DNA from: Eledone cirrhosa
Lineage: Eukaryota
Direction of reading: 5' to 3'
Length of the DNA: 64,000 nucleotides
Assembly (NCBI GenBank): GCA_964016885.1
Contig: OZ024743.1
Coordinates: forward strand, 65,348,001-65,412,000
The translations under genes and the position numbers were made by a program. The notes under the pieces were generated by a model. The model was not told the DNA's origin, did not search any database, and saw only the letters and a program-made list of their open reading frames with translations. Positions 45,014 through 58,834 of this stretch are shown in pieces (position 1 is the stretch's first letter; each line of letters opens with the position of its first letter).

Positions 45014-45079
<66 letters not shown>

Positions 45080-45279
45080 GCGCTCAAGTATAGCTCTTTA
45101 TACAAAACGTTTTTTTTTTCAAGAAGACGCGCTCCATCATCCACTTTTCTAAAAAACAAATCATACACAAAACGCCAGCACCAACAGTTTTCCAAGAGAT
45201 GTCAACATGAATGGATCTATTATTTTTCTCTAAAAACATTTTTTCAAATTCCAACCCACCCGTCCCTTTAATCTTTCTT

Positions 45280-45315
45280 TCTTCTGATGATGGACTAGCG
45301 TCCGAAACGTTAAGA
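45280..45315 (+). ncRNA. Canonical minimal type I hammerhead
   Basis: TCTT-CTGATGA-tGGAC tagc GTCC-GAA-ACGT-T-AAGA. Confidence 0.8.
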
Positions 45316-45488
45316 CCCTCTTCCTGCTATTTCAAGCGTTAACCTAATATATTCCTTCCATATACTGTATCGATTGTGTTGTTATTTCTGTTTACCTTTT
45401 ACATACACATACATACATTCATATATATATATATAGTGAAGTAAAATAACAAGGACGATTGGTTACTCCTTCATTACGTTTATTGGTT

Positions 45489-45573
45489 GGTGACGTGCGT
45501 TTCGCCACTGATCAGCTCAAGGTTCGATCTGTATCGATCTGACCCGACTTTGTAATCCGCGGCTCGTCAGACC
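45489..45573 (-). ncRNA. Type I hammerhead with long stem II insert
   Basis: Minus strand: GGT-CTGACGA-GCC...GGC-GAA-ACG ca CGT-C-ACC (GUC triplet). Confidence 0.7.
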
Positions 45574-45724
45574 CCATGTAATGGTAATGGAAAAATGAAT
45601 ATACATATCATCCGAAGGTATGGGTATGTCCTTTAGGGAGTTTGTGTTGTGGGACAATTCCATGGTGTTCCAGGTAAGCGCTCGACTAGGTAAGGAGCTA
45701 CAGTAACTCCAAGTTACTCTCCCT

Positions 45725-45816
<92 letters not shown>

Positions 45817-46140
45817 TTCAGAAGGGATTGCTTTTGTAAAAACAGGAGTAAGCAGGAGAAAGCTCTCAACAATCGTAGTTTTTAGTTACGATGGAGATTT
45901 TTTATAAAAATAACAAAATAAGATGCTGAGGTTTCATATATCGTTTATATATATATATTCTTTGTCAGGGAACGTTTCCACGAACCAAAGTATCGTCTTC
46001 CTGTCTTCCTCCAGTTGCAACGTTTTTGAAATATTTACTTCTGCGTTCATAGATTGACTTTGTTAGTTTCAGAAGATCCCGTTAAGGGTGAAAGCAGCGA
46101 TTCTTTGCTTAAACTTTAATATGTTATTTTAATAAATACA

Positions 46141-46206
<66 letters not shown>

Positions 46207-47509
46207 GGCATTCCACTTCGACAATTTTTGACTTCAATCCTCTTCTGCAAACTGGCTACTAAAAAAATGTCTCTTCTTAAGCAATTTCAGCTTCAATCAA
46301 TCAACGAAATTATTGATAAAGAGAGTTATCAATAATTTATTATTAAGGATCATCTGCTCCCCGTTTCCATCTCCCATCGAAACCATCACAGTGTTTGATT
46401 ATCTTTTAATATCGTCAGTAAACCAATCATGCAGGGGTTGTTATCTCGAAGTATCGTGCTCAGGTACTTCGTGGAAGTAGAAAGTCTGTTCTTGTATCGT
46501 AATGCTCAGGTACTTCAGTTAGGAAGATGTTTGTTCAAATATCGTGATGCTCAGGTACTTCGTGGGCGTAGACGTCTGTTCTTGAGAAACCCAGTTTATT
46601 TCTTTATTAAGTCTTTTTTGCCCTTGTTCTTTACAATTTGGTGTTGCTATGAAAACTGTGGCATCAGCAGCCGTAATCTTCACCTCCCAAAGGCCTGCTT
46701 TTGTAGGTGTTGCTGCTTCTGCAGTTATCTGCCCGCCCCCACCTTTTTTTTGTTTTCCTCTTCTAAGAAAATTGTCCTCAACTACTGGTCGGTTGATTCA
46801 ATCTATTTGAATCCATGTGCCAAAATAAAAACCAATATTGTGAAAGTAACTAAAATCTATATTCTAGAAAAATTGTTGTGGTTTACCACAGAGTCAGCTT
46901 TTAAATCGAGTAGCTATTCTAGCCACGAGCATTTCATTTATATTTTCAAAGTGTCAAATGTTTCTTCGCCGCTTTAAGAAGTCAAGAGAGATTTGATTGC
47001 TCTATCTAGCAGATCCAGTGACTACGTAGGCGCTCAACAATGGGTCAGCCTTTGGTGTCAAGATTATGTAAACACAGTTGTTTCTCGTGAGAAATAAATG
47101 TAGAAAAGCCATTTTTGTTATATGTGCAAAATGGAACAAATCATTATTAAAGAAAAGCGTTAATAATTTCTTCAAGCGTTTGAAGTAAAATGGAATAAGG
47201 TATTGTGAGAAATATTTTTTATTGAATTACCATTTAATTTTACGATCGGTTATTGTTAAAAAATCATTCAACTGGAAAATAAATAACAAAATATAAAAGT
47301 ATTAAACGTATAAAATATACGAGTATATTTAAAAAAAAAAATAGAACACCAAATTAGACAGTCTCAGGCTATTGTATCACAGATATATTTCTATATATAT
47401 TCACACAACTCAACCACACGAAAAAAAGCAAACAAAACCCCCCCCACTAAAATAGAAAAAAAACAGGCTATTCTACTTACGGATATATATATGTGTATAT
47501 ATATATAAG

Positions 47510-47775
47510 TGAAGGCGCATGGCTTAGTGGTTAAAGCATTAAGCTTGCAATCGAAAGGTTGCGAGTTCAATTCTCGGACCGGGTGATGTGGTGTTTCCTT
47601 GAGCAAGACACTTTATTTCACGTTGCTCTAGTTTATTCAGCTGTAGAAATGAGTACCGGCCTGCCCGCCCAGCCAGTGGGATGGCGTTATCTTATGGCTA
47701 AAACAGGCACGACGTGCTGTGACCAGCGGCGCCGATTGGCGCCCGACAGACTGATCGGTCAAGGCGATCAAGATG
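47510..47775 (+). mobile_element. tRNA-derived CORE-like SINE, near full length
   Basis: A-box TGGCTTAGTGG, B-box GAGTTCAATTC, TCCTTGAGCAAGACACTTTATTTCAC, then a 3' tail. Confidence 0.8.
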
Positions 47776-47933
47776 ATATATATATATATTAGTAAAAAGG
47801 AAAAGAAAATGCTGACAAATTTTTCCCAGTGAAATATAGTTTAATTAGGAATAAGTATAAATTAGTAATAAGTATTAGTTAGTATTCAGTTTTTTTTTTA
47901 CTAATATATCACAACTCGTGTGTCACACCTCTA

Positions 47934-47964
<31 letters not shown>

Positions 47965-48763
47965 ATAACAACCCTTAACTTATCAACAACATTAATTACC
48001 TCCCTTTGTTATTAACTCCCTTTACAACTTCCTGTGTAAACTTATAAAATTAAGTAACCGAACGGTTTACCCAGAGCTTAATAACGGTTAATACAAACCT
48101 TAGAAAAGATAATTTACAGATAAAAAATGCATAAGATAATATACCTACAATAACAACATGGCCAGTAATTCGGAGGAATTTACATTTAACAAACAAACAC
48201 CTATTGACTATAAACGACTTAAAATAATTCCATGGTTAATAGCTGTGAGTAACAAACAACATATACACATAAATACGAACTACAACACAAAAACACTTAA
48301 ATGAAAATCACATACCGAACTCTATCTAGTGCTTTACATTACACCTTACATAAAAAATACCTACATTATCACCACATGCCTCTCTAACAATTTTCACACA
48401 ATCTTAGACATTTATAACAAATATAACATGCTCTAACACCCCACACAAAATATGCATTATAACTCTTTCCTCATACATGCATTATTGACTTTATTGACTC
48501 CTGCATTGTACACCAATTGTCCTTGCTTATAACTTCTTTGCCTGTATTTTTTTGCTTGTGATTTTTTGCTTGTGCTTTTATTTTTAGTTTTACTTATACC
48601 TGTTACACTTCCAGCCAGTGCTGCCTGTAATTGTGTTATTTCAAGCGGAACATCTTTTTAACTCCTGACTCTCCACATGATGCCTTTGACACTAATAACA
48701 ACTATGTACCCTAAATGTTCTAAATGACTAGGATTCTAGTTACACGTTTTCGACATTCCTTAT

Positions 48764-48808
48764 GCTCCGATGATTCCAGACTTCCCTCTGGAAGAAACAA
48801 TTGTCAGC
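48764..48808 (+). ncRNA. Hammerhead motif (U4C, perfect 7-bp stem II)
   Basis: GCT-CCGATGA-TTCCAGA cttccc TCTGGAA-GAA-ACAATTGT-C-AGC. Confidence 0.7.
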
Positions 48809-48849
48809 TAATAAATGTTCTAAGCTAAAATTTGATCGTTTTAACACTT

Positions 48850-48957
<108 letters not shown>

Positions 48958-49306
48958 AAGTAAGTCCATAGAATCATTAGATAAAATATATACAGTATTT
49001 CTTCTCCCAATCAGCATAAATCAACCACAAAAAAAATCATTTATACGAGGCTTAAAATATACTTATGAAGAAACAATAGATAAATGATATAGCCTTTTAT
49101 CCCCGACTCACAGCTACAGAAAATTTACCTAGTATTCCTAATAGCCTATAGAAATTGACCAGACATATAGTTAACCATACATAATTAGGTACAAAATCAA
49201 AGTTAGAAGAAAAAATGTACATAAACCTACCAAAATCATCAAAATATCTCTACCCCCGGCGGTTTCATTCCATTTTTGTATATATCCGATCTTGGATAAA
49301 TGAACG

Positions 49307-49345
<39 letters not shown>

Positions 49346-49386
49346 AATTGTTGAAACGATCAAATTTTAGTTTAGAACATTTATTA

Positions 49387-49431
49387 GCTGACAATTGTTT
49401 CTTTCAGAGGGAAGTCTGGAATCATCAGAGC
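49387..49431 (-). ncRNA. Hammerhead motif (canonical core, one stem II mismatch)
   Basis: Minus strand: GCT-CTGATGA-TTCCAGA cttccc TCTGAAA-GAA-ACAATTGT-C-AGC. Confidence 0.75.
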
Positions 49432-49774
49432 ATAAGGAATGTCGAAACATGTAACTAGTCATTTAGAACATTTAGGGTACATAATTGTTATTAGTGTCAA
49501 AGGCATCACGTGGAGAGTCAGGAGTTAAAAAAATGTTCTGCTTGCAAGTACACAATTACAGGCAGCACTGGTTGGAAGTGTAATAGGTATACCAACGCAT
49601 CCTTTTTAGGAAAGAATTAGTTTTTTGGATGAGTATTTTTAAGTATGTCTTCCTACTTGATACCGGAATATTTTTGTAAAAACATAGTGGTTTAATTCTG
49701 AAGAGTGCTCTACCGAAGGAGGCAAATAGTAATAATACATACTAAGACCTAAATCCAAAGAGGACTCGATAAGG

Positions 49775-49875
<101 letters not shown>

Positions 49876-49984
49876 GCGTGTGTGTGTGTGTGCGTGTGTG
49901 TCTATATAAACCTTAGAGCAAATATTTATTATTATTACAGATTAAAAGTCTAAACAAAAATTCATTGCTTAAACTTTTAATATG

Positions 49985-50058
<74 letters not shown>

Positions 50059-50271
50059 ATACAACATATATGTTACAGAGATCTACATAGATGTTTTTAA
50101 GATGCAATCTCGTAAGAGAGTCAATGGCAGAACCCTTTCAACACCTTTCATCGCGGTGACCACAGGGTTTCTTGATAAAACTAAGGAGCAATGTAGTCTT
50201 GTAGCAAACTAAAATAGTAATAGCGCTCTTTCAAGAGTTTTTCATTACACTGTATGTGCGTATGTATGTAT

Positions 50272-51126
50272 GTCGAGATTTTGGAAAGCTCTCTGTGTGA
50301 CAGTATAGAAGCTCTTGTGCTTAAGCAACGACTCCGCTGGAGTGATCACCTTGCCAGGATGAAGGATTCTAGAATACCAAAACAACTCTTTTATGGAGAG
50401 TTAGTTAAAGGAAAACGACCGCCACATAAACCAAAAGAGAGGTATAAGGATTCCTTAAAAGCCTCTTTGAAAGACGCTAACATCTCTGCTGATATATAGG
50501 AAATGTTGCTGCTGATCGTAATAAATGGTGAAAGACTGTATATGAGGGGAAAGTTGCCTTTGAGGCATCTCGAATCGCATACGAGAAAGTAAAGTGGGAT
50601 GTGAGGAAGGGCATTGCTGTTGCACTTCCAGACGGCGAAGGTCCTCCTATGGGGCTTACATGCAGCTAGACTCGAAAGTCATCTTTGCAGTCATAAAGTA
50701 AGACCAATGGTTGACTACCAGGCTGCTGTTGGAGATGCTACTCACCATGCTTGCCAAGCATGTGGTAGAGAATGTAAATCAGCGGGAGGACTCAAACGAC
50801 ATACAAAAGTACATGAACTCCAGCCACAACCGGCTATTCCCAGTGAATGTTTTGGTTGCCAACTCTGTGCAAGACATTTTGGATCATTGGCTGGGCTAAA
50901 AAGCCACATTCGATCGCAGCGCTGTTAATTGCTATCGTGTGTGTGTGTAGATATGTTTATGTGTTTGCGTGTGTGTGTATGTATATATGTATATTATTAT
51001 TGTTGTTGTTGTTGTCGTTATTATTATTGTTGTTATTATTATTATTATTATTATTATTGTTATTATTATGGGTTTTTTTTCTCGTGCAATGGCCATACTC
51101 GATAGCGAGGGGGCAGCCATCATCAT
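50272..51126 (+). pseudogene. 3' fragment of RTE-clade (BovB-like) LINE with two C-terminal C2H2 fingers
   Basis: RLRWSDHLARMKDSRIPKQLFYGEL..GKR...YKDSLK, CQACGRECKSAGGLKRHTKVH and CQLCARHFGSLAGLKSH. Probable 3' end TGGCCATACTCGATAGCGAGGGGGCAGCCATCAT then (GTAT)n. Confidence 0.85.
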
Positions 51127-51155
51127 GTATGTATGTTTGTATGTATGTATGTATG

Positions 51156-51733
51156 CATGTATCCCAGTACAACCTGTTTCATGGTTGTGTCGTTGGCGAC
51201 TAAACTGGCAACCCCACCAAGGTTTCTTGGTGAGGAGGGTGACTTTGGACATCCTGCAGGACTAAAAACAAAACCTGTCAAAGGGCAAAGGAGCTCTTAA
51301 GAGTCAATGGCCATCTAAAATCACCGAGCGAGATGACCCCTTAGCCTTTGTCAAGACAGAATTCTAGGAGAAGGAAAACTCTATAATACCTGCAACCCTG
51401 ATGGTATCCAATGATGTTGACTTGTTCTTCTTTTTGTTAAATATCATCTTGGTTAAGAGAGTGGGACTGGCTTTGTGCAGTGCCTTTGCTCACTATAAAA
51501 GCTTCACGGCACAGGCATTGCTTTATATCTGGAGATCTCTCTGCACTTGTCGTCACATGGTACCATGGGCCCAGCACTATGTGTCAATAATTGTCACAAG
51601 TGTAGTGTTTGTACCAGAGTTTTCAAGTCGTTGGCTGGACTAAAATGTCACACTCGTTCAGCGCATCGGTAGGAGTTCTCCTACATGGATATAAAGTAGT
51701 GGCCGTACTCGAAAACGAGTTGGCAGCCACCAT
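51156..51733 (+). mobile_element. Bipartite RTE-derived non-autonomous element, copy 4
   Basis: Collinear with 10482-11063 and sits in the (TATG)n tail of the preceding RTE. Confidence 0.88.
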
Positions 51734-51742
51734 GTATGTATG

Positions 51743-52372
51743 TTCTTCTGGTTTTATAATTTCACAAATTTTTACCAATAGAGTGCGAGTCGGTTTCTAA
51801 CATAGACACAAGACTCTCTCATTGGAATTTACACAACATCAACTAGGTAGATTATGTATGCATGTCTGCATATGTAGATTATGGATGTTATTGTATGTGT
51901 CGATGAGTATGTTTTGAGTTGTATGTGTGCATGTGTATATGCTTTGTATCTGTACATGTGTATATGCAGTTATTAGATGCAACATTTTTGGAATGTTTTA
52001 CATATTTTTACTGTTCCATTAATGGATTATACTTGTAATTTCCTAACTAGTTGTGTTCTTTCTGTTCCTGTGAAGCCTAGCTTCTCAAGATTTGTATTGA
52101 GGCAGTTACTAACATACCTCAGTGCCCCAATAATAACAGGCATTAATCTGAAGGTGTAATCAGGGTGGAGTATCTGCAGATTTCTCATGAGTTCTGCATA
52201 AATATTCTCCTTTTCGCTAATCTTTGATATATATTGGCATCTGCTGGACAGCTAACTTCCACTACTTTGCATGTTTTCTTCTCCCTGTCTCATATCATAA
52301 TATCTGGTCTGTTATGCCTGCATTTTATTGGGGTTTTTACTGGAACATTCCACCAGTACTCTTTCATATTAT
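51743..52372 (-). mobile_element. 5'-truncated RLE LINE, family B (R4/Dong-like), missed by the ORF track
   Basis: Minus strand: EYWWNVPVKTPIKCRHNRPDIMI*DREKKTCKVVEVSCP...EKENIYAELMRNLQ...PVIIGAL...VKICKTF. (TATG)n on both sides. Confidence 0.82.
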
Positions 52373-52945
52373 GTACATGTATGTATGTATGTATGTATGT
52401 ATGTATGTATGTATGTATGTATGTATGTATGTATGTATGTATGTATGTATGTATGTATGTATATGTGTGTTTGTGTATGGAGCTCTCCTTTCCAAGTCTG
52501 AACGCAGCTGATTTGTTCTAGAGAATGAGAATGTGAGATAGATAGATAGATAGAGGGCTGGATAGATAGAGAGCTAGAGAAATAGATAGATAGATGTATA
52601 GATAGAGAGATAGAGTGAGAGAGATAAATCGATATCAATACATGTGTGATACTTTTTATCGATTTTGATAGGGCGAAAGGCAAAGTTGAACTCAGTGAGA
52701 TTTGAACTCAGAGACCACAGAAAACCGGAACGAATACCAGAAAGTATTTTGTCAAACGTTTTAAAACTCCAGCCATTAACATATTTCTCTTAATTTAATG
52801 AATATTCGAATAAAGAAACGCTTTGGTTATGACGGAGAGAATATTGTCAAGTTATTAAATTCTTCATACTAGAGTATTACATTTATAACTCTCAAAATCC
52901 AGTTAATCTCCAACACCGAAAGAAATCTTTATTTGTTTTCGGTTA

Positions 52946-53496
52946 CTCTCGGGTCCTAAATAATAACGGTGGAGTTCGAATAAGTTGGGTGGTTGGGGAT
53001 TTTAACATTTGTTTAAATTCTTATAAGCGGGGTGTTGGAATAAATGGGTGGTAGGGCGTCGGTAATTGTATAGTGAACGTTCGTGGGATTTCTTTTAATG
53101 TTCTTTTTTTGTCATATATGATGTTTTTTAATGTAAAATAAAATTATTTGACAGTATCGGTAGAGGGTCGGATGCCATGCTTTGACGCATAGAGTTACGG
53201 GCCTTGCCATTTTGAGTTCAAATCCCGCCGAGATTAACTTTGCCTTTCATCCTTACGGAGTCGATAAAATAAAGTTCGAGTAATACACTGATAATTGCTG
53301 GCCTTGTGCCAAAAGTAGAAACAATTATTAGATTCTCCAGCTGCTGTATCGATATGAATCACTTACAATAAAAATTTCGAAATTTCGCCAGAGAAAGATT
53401 AACAAAATTTTATAAGCGGGTGGGGGTGAAGGTTGGGCGAAATCGGAAAAAAAAATCAATAAGAGTGGGAGGAGGGGGTTATTCAAGACCTGAGAG
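52946..53496. mobile_element. MITE with TA target duplication, carrying a SINE (~53150-53330)
   Basis: TIRs CTCTCGGGTCCTAAATAA and TTATTCAAGACCTGAGAG. The empty paralogous site at 58656-58657 shows a single TA. Confidence 0.8.
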
Positions 53497-53830
53497 TAAG
53501 TGAAAACTTAACGCTTTAGATATTGTCTTTGTGGAGTTGAGAATATATTGTACAAGATAGGACATAAAGATCTCCCATATTTTGAAGGGAAATGAAAAAA
53601 GATGTGGGAGATCTTTATGCCTCACCATTTATTTAAATAGTTTGGTCTAGCCCTAAGTAAATGAGAGAACCCAATATTTTAAACAGTTTATGTAGGCAAC
53701 AGTAAGTGAAGGGTCTTGTCATAGTTGATTGTCTGTTTTGTAATACTATCTTCTAGTTAGTAATTACATCATGATATTGACTGCAGCATATTATTTTATC
53801 GTCTTTCAATGAATTACATAAATGTTAAAG

Positions 53831-53874
<44 letters not shown>

Positions 53875-54042
53875 CGTGCGCGCGCGCGCGCGTGTGTGTA
53901 TGTGTGTGTGTGTGTGTGTATGCGTGTGTGTGTGTGCATCTATAAATATGTATATATATATATATATATATACATACATACCTATACATACAATTATACA
54001 TATATGCATATCATATAGATATATAGATATAGATATATATAT

Positions 54043-57000
54043 GTTGTTATATTTGGGGAGGGTCATATTTGCGTAATATTGCCAGAATTAATAACAGAAC
54101 ACACTCACTGTTTGGTTGGTTTTCGCTTCTCGCTGTCTTTTATATATATATATCTGCGATCTAACTTACTCGGTCCTCAATGTTGCCATTGACTGACCGG
54201 CGGTCAAAAATAATACAGATACAATATAGACACAAACACATATATATAGTTTACATAATTTACATAAATCTTTCGTTGCACATCTGCAACATCGTCAGTG
54301 GTGTTATATTCATTGTTCCTCCTGTTGTGTTGTATGTCTACGCCATTTTTTTTGTTCAGTCTGTCTATATATTTATTTATTTATTAGCTTGTTTGTTTAT
54401 CTTATTTTATTTTGTCTTCTTTGCGCATGCGTTTGCGTGTGTGTATAGTGTTATGTGTGATGTGTGACTATTGTGTATAGTGTTGTGTCTGCTGGGTGAC
54501 TAGTGTGTGTTTATGTGCTTGTGTATGTATTTATTTATCTTATTTTATTTAATTTAATTTACTTATTTATTTATACTTCTCTTAGGTCAGTGTTGTTTGT
54601 TTGGGTGTTGTTGTTGTTCCACTCATTCTTTCTGTTTAGCTTTGGTCTTCTAATTTCTATTTCACTGGCCTCTCTGATTTGCCTATCTGCTGGGTCATTC
54701 CTATGTTTAGATATTATTCTAATTTCTATGTTGTCTATGTTACCGTCATGTTGTTGTCTAGCATGTTCGTATAGTACTGACCCGTTTTTTCGTCCTTTTA
54801 GTTCCCCCCAGTGTTGGTCTATCCTTTCACCTATGCTACGAGCTGTCTCACCTATGTATGTTGTTGTCGTGTTTCTGCAAGTACCCTCTGTACATCTTAT
54901 GCTATAGACTACGTTTCTAGTTTTACAGTTTATCCGGGGGTTCACCTTACATATGATACATTTCCTATTGGTACAGTGGGTTTTCTTAAAAGGGTAGGTT
55001 TTGCTGATCAGGGATTTTATGGTGGTTCCTGGCTTTTCTACCACCTTTATTTTTAAGTGGGTCTTTCTCAGGGCCTTTCTACACTGGTTAGCTAATTTCC
55101 CTCCAGGGGTGGCGTCCACAAACATGACACTCTGATATCTCTGGTTGTCGTACCATGATGTGGCCTTCCCTATCTTATGTCTAGCCCTATCTAAGCTATT
55201 CCATGATTTGCTCCTGTATAGTGGGAAAATTCCTTTCATGTCCAGTTCTATGAGGGTCTTATACTTTTCCATGGCTCCTTCGTATACTCTGACTCTGTCT
55301 CTTTGGTTGTAGCCAGAGAACTGCATGCGGTTGATGAAGTGTTGGATGTGTCCTTCCATTTCTGTTGGGTCGCACATGCTGGACACATTTTTCATCACTC
55401 GTACCAAATCTGCGATCAGAATATTAAACTTAGCACTACTGGACATTGCTGAGTTTTTGAGTATCAGGTATTTGGAGGCCATGGGTTTAGCATAGTGTGA
55501 GTGGAGAATTTGGGCTCTCTCGTCTATAGTGTTAATCCAGAGTTCTGTGTCTAATACAGGTAGTCTATTGTTAGGGTGTTTGGAAGGGAAGTCTATAGTT
55601 ACAGTTATACTCTGGTGTATGGAATTAGCTATCTGCTGGATGCTTTCCATCGTGCTACGTTCTAAATCAAACTTGTTAGTGCTCTCTAGTGGGGGTGTTC
55701 TTATAACTATATTGATATCGTCTACATAACGAGAGTACATGATGAGGTCTATGGAGCTTTCATTAAGGAGATCTTTAAGTCTCCTTTCCCACCATACCAT
55801 GAAAAGGTTGGCAACATCACCAGCTATGCTGACGCCGATGGCTGCTCCCTCATTTTGGGTGTAGATTTTCTCATTGAACTTAAATATGTGGCCCTTTAGG
55901 GTAGTTTTGATACTAGCCCCTATTGCATGTGCGACCATTTTTCTTACCTGATCAGTGTTTTGGGGGGTCCGTATAGCTTTGGTCCACCCAATCCACCTTC
56001 CTATGGGAGTCTTTTTAGCCATTGAGGTTATGGTGGGGGGTCTACCTCTTATAGGTCTACTAGGGCAGAAACATCTAAGGTCATGGCTGTCTAGGTAGTC
56101 AGTGTCGTAGGTAAGTCTAAGTAGGAGGCCCAGTTCGTCTGTGTCGACGTCGCAGAACTCCACCTCACTCTCAATGATCATCTCCACACATCTTTTCACA
56201 GCAAAATCAATGTTAATGGATGGGTACAGTGACACCACATCCATGCTGCCTATTATGCAGTTGGATAGGCTCCTGTTTTTGTTGCACTCACTGATTCTGC
56301 TGAGGAGGTCCTCTGTACTTTCACATACATCTGGGGACATCTTGATTATGGGGCGTATAACCATTGAGAGGAAGTAGGAGATCCTGTAGTTGCTAGCTAT
56401 ATTAGCTCCGCATACGGGTCTTGTTGGTGGTCCTGTTGTCGGGTCGTCGACTGTCTTGTGGTCTTTGCGGAGCCCATACAAGGGTGGTATGCCATTGTTA
56501 GACGCCTGGAAGTTGTTGGCAGTGCGTCTGCTTGGCTTTAGGATGTCAGTCCACATCATCATGTGAGCGTTGAGGATTTTTTCTCTCCCATCGTGTGTTA
56601 GTTGTGCAACTTCGCTCGTGTTGGTGATGTGGGGTTGCATTGCCTCGATGTAGTTCGGCATGCTATCTATTGACATCCTACCAGACTTATCTGTGGGTAG
56701 ACACACTACCTCACCATCCCTTGTGCGCTGCTTGAGGCTAACCAAGCCTTCTACAGGTTTTATCCCAAGTTGTTGGGCCTCTGGTCTGCTCTGTCTCATA
56801 GTGTACCTGTCTACTACTTGTCTAATCCTATTTCTAGCTATGGTGAACTGTGCCTCCGTCCCGTCATCTATTTGCTGTGGTATGCAAACTCTTTTATTAA
56901 AGGGTAACCTCGTAGGATAGATATTACCCATCTTATATGTTTTGTCAGCTGGGTTGAAAAATAGTTTCTCTAAGGGGTTGTCGTTATTTCTATCGTCATA

Positions 57001-57110
57001 GTTGTGTGTGTTGCTATTATTGTTATCATGGTGGTTGTTATGATTGTTATGATTGCTAGATGTATTGTTGTTTACTTCACCGTTATTGTTGTTGTTGTTA
57101 CTGCTATTTA
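54043..57110 (-). mobile_element. Penelope-like element 1, probably 5'-truncated, inserted in (AT)n
   Basis: RT plus GIY-YIG ORF, ~530-nt 3'UTR with hammerhead, and terminus ATGACCCTCCCCAAATATAAC. Confidence 0.92.
54262..54302 (-). ncRNA. Hammerhead motif in 3'UTR/pLTR of PLE 1
   Basis: Minus strand: CA-CTGACGA-tGTTGCA gatg TGCAAC-GAAA-GATT-TA-TG. Stem I is weak. Confidence 0.65.
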
Positions 57111-57147
57111 TACTGATATATATATGTATGTAAATATATATATTCAT
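54571..57147 (-). CDS. PLE reverse transcriptase plus C-terminal GIY-YIG endonuclease (first ~15 aa are microsatellite-derived)
   Basis: [47 protein letters not shown] and RYVDDI, then a Cys-rich linker and VVY..C....C......YIGET.R....R...H..H, E, LN. No internal stops. Confidence 0.92.
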   Translation of the reverse strand: MNIYIYIHIYISINSSNNNNNNGEVNNNTSSNHNNHNNHHDNNNSNTHNYDDRNNDNPLEKLFFNPADKTYKMGNIYPTRLPFNKRVCIPQQIDDGTEAQFTIARNRIRQVVDRYTMRQSRPEAQQLGIKPVEGLVSLKQRTRDGEVVCLPTDKSGRMSIDSMPNYIEAMQPHITNTSEVAQLTHDGREKILNAHMMMWTDILKPSRRTANNFQASNNGIPPLYGLRKDHKTVDDPTTGPPTRPVCGANIASNYRISYFLSMVIRPIIKMSPDVCESTEDLLSRISECNKNRSLSNCIIGSMDVVSLYPSINIDFAVKRCVEMIIESEVEFCDVDTDELGLLLRLTYDTDYLDSHDLRCFCPSRPIRGRPPTITSMAKKTPIGRWIGWTKAIRTPQNTDQVRKMVAHAIGASIKTTLKGHIFKFNEKIYTQNEGAAIGVSIAGDVANLFMVWWERRLKDLLNESSIDLIMYSRYVDDINIVIRTPPLESTNKFDLERSTMESIQQIANSIHQSITVTIDFPSKHPNNRLPVLDTELWINTIDERAQILHSHYAKPMASKYLILKNSAMSSSAKFNILIADLVRVMKNVSSMCDPTEMEGHIQHFINRMQFSGYNQRDRVRVYEGAMEKYKTLIELDMKGIFPLYRSKSWNSLDRARHKIGKATSWYDNQRYQSVMFVDATPGGKLANQCRKALRKTHLKIKVVEKPGTTIKSLISKTYPFKKTHCTNRKCIICKVNPRINCKTRNVVYSIRCTEGTCRNTTTTYIGETARSIGERIDQHWGELKGRKNGSVLYEHARQQHDGNIDNIEIRIISKHRNDPADRQIREASEIEIRRPKLNRKNEWNNNNTQTNNTDLREV

Positions 57148-57169
57148 ATATATATACTATATATATATA

Positions 57170-57225
<56 letters not shown>

Positions 57226-57268
57226 ACACGCACACACACACATATATATATATATGTATATATATATG

Positions 57269-57392
<124 letters not shown>

Positions 57393-57495
57393 GATCCCGG
57401 GTTAAATCGGGGATAACCACAGTAAGTAAGGTACTCAATATATAGCAGAGTAAAAGTAATTTAATATAGAAATGGCTTCTACAGGACTAGAACTC

Positions 57496-57627
<132 letters not shown>

Positions 57628-57742
57628 TTCTCTATATTTACAATTAATGCCTCATGTTACAGTTACATAAAACTATCCAGAAGAAACATTGAAGTCAAAA
57701 CAGTTTATTTTTTTCCTCCCCGAAAGACATAACCTATACACG

Positions 57743-57802
<60 letters not shown>

Positions 57803-57840
57803 TATATATATACATATTAATAATACACACACACATACAT

Positions 57841-57882
<42 letters not shown>

Positions 57883-57893
57883 TAGATACATAG

Positions 57894-57970
<77 letters not shown>

Positions 57971-58834
57971 ATGCTATGAAAAAGGGATAATTTTCTTTAT
58001 GACCCTTCTCTTCTATCACCATATCCCATAATTCCAGAGTATTTTCATATTCCTCACTTTCATATAATCTCGTTCTTCAGGTTTACCCCCGACTGAAGCT
58101 GACATTGTTTTTTTTGTTTTGTTTTGTTTTTGTAAGTGTTTGTTTGTGTGTTTGTTTTTATGGTGTTAAGCTGTATTTACCAAATCAAATTGGCTCTCCT
58201 TTCAACTACTACTAATTGACATAATAAGTGTTATTTTGGGAGAGGGGGATGGGTGGGATGAATAAGAGATCTGAGTCACTGTGTAGGTATGGGAGAAACT
58301 GATGTAGAGGAGGGATGTCTACTTTTTTTTTTGTTTCATTTCAAGCCAGCGATTTCTGGTGGTACGTTTTTCGGCACCAGTCTGGCGGTTCCAGATCTTG
58401 TTTTGTCTTCACAATTACGTTTTAGATACGTCAGCTTGATTTGTTAGTGTAGTTTGATTAAAATACCAACTCTCTCAGTGCCAATTCAGACTATATTTTA
58501 AGGTCTATATGTAATATCACTAGCAGGGCCAACTGATAATCGGATCTTGTTATTTTCGTTCATGTCAGGAGACAGAGACGTCTACTTCATTCTTTATTTT
58601 TTCTCCTCTATTAACAACTCCACAAAGTCAATATCTAAAGAGTTAAGTTTTCACTTAAGCGAAAATAAATAAATATTTCTTTCAGTGTTGGAGATTAGAG
58701 GGATATAGAGATATATAAATATCTTCTGATTGCTCTCATATGAAGAGTTTATAAACTTGATTATTTTTTTTATGGAACGATTGACAAGATATTAAACCTC
58801 ATTCGCTTAACGAGTGGGGTAGAACTCGTCATAT

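Noticed and set aside
46060-46105. Hammerhead-like CAGAAGA-TCCC/GGGT-GAAA (related sequences at ~19595-19640 and ~14575-14610 on the minus strand)
   Set aside because: The core and cleavage triplet are degenerate in all copies. They are likely relics and were not counted.
46429-46977. 182-aa ORF
   Set aside because: No recognisable motif. It contains short internal repeats (GCTCAGGTACTTC x3) and is probably decayed repeat DNA.
50614-50928. Host C2H2 zinc-finger gene
   Set aside because: The fingers directly follow an RTE thumb/C-terminal region and precede an RTE tail, so they belong to the LINE.
54571-57147. Naiad/Chlamys-type or selenoprotein PLE; telomerase
   Set aside because: The GIY-YIG domain is C-terminal, there is no in-frame TGA in the ORF, and no TERT-specific domains are visible.
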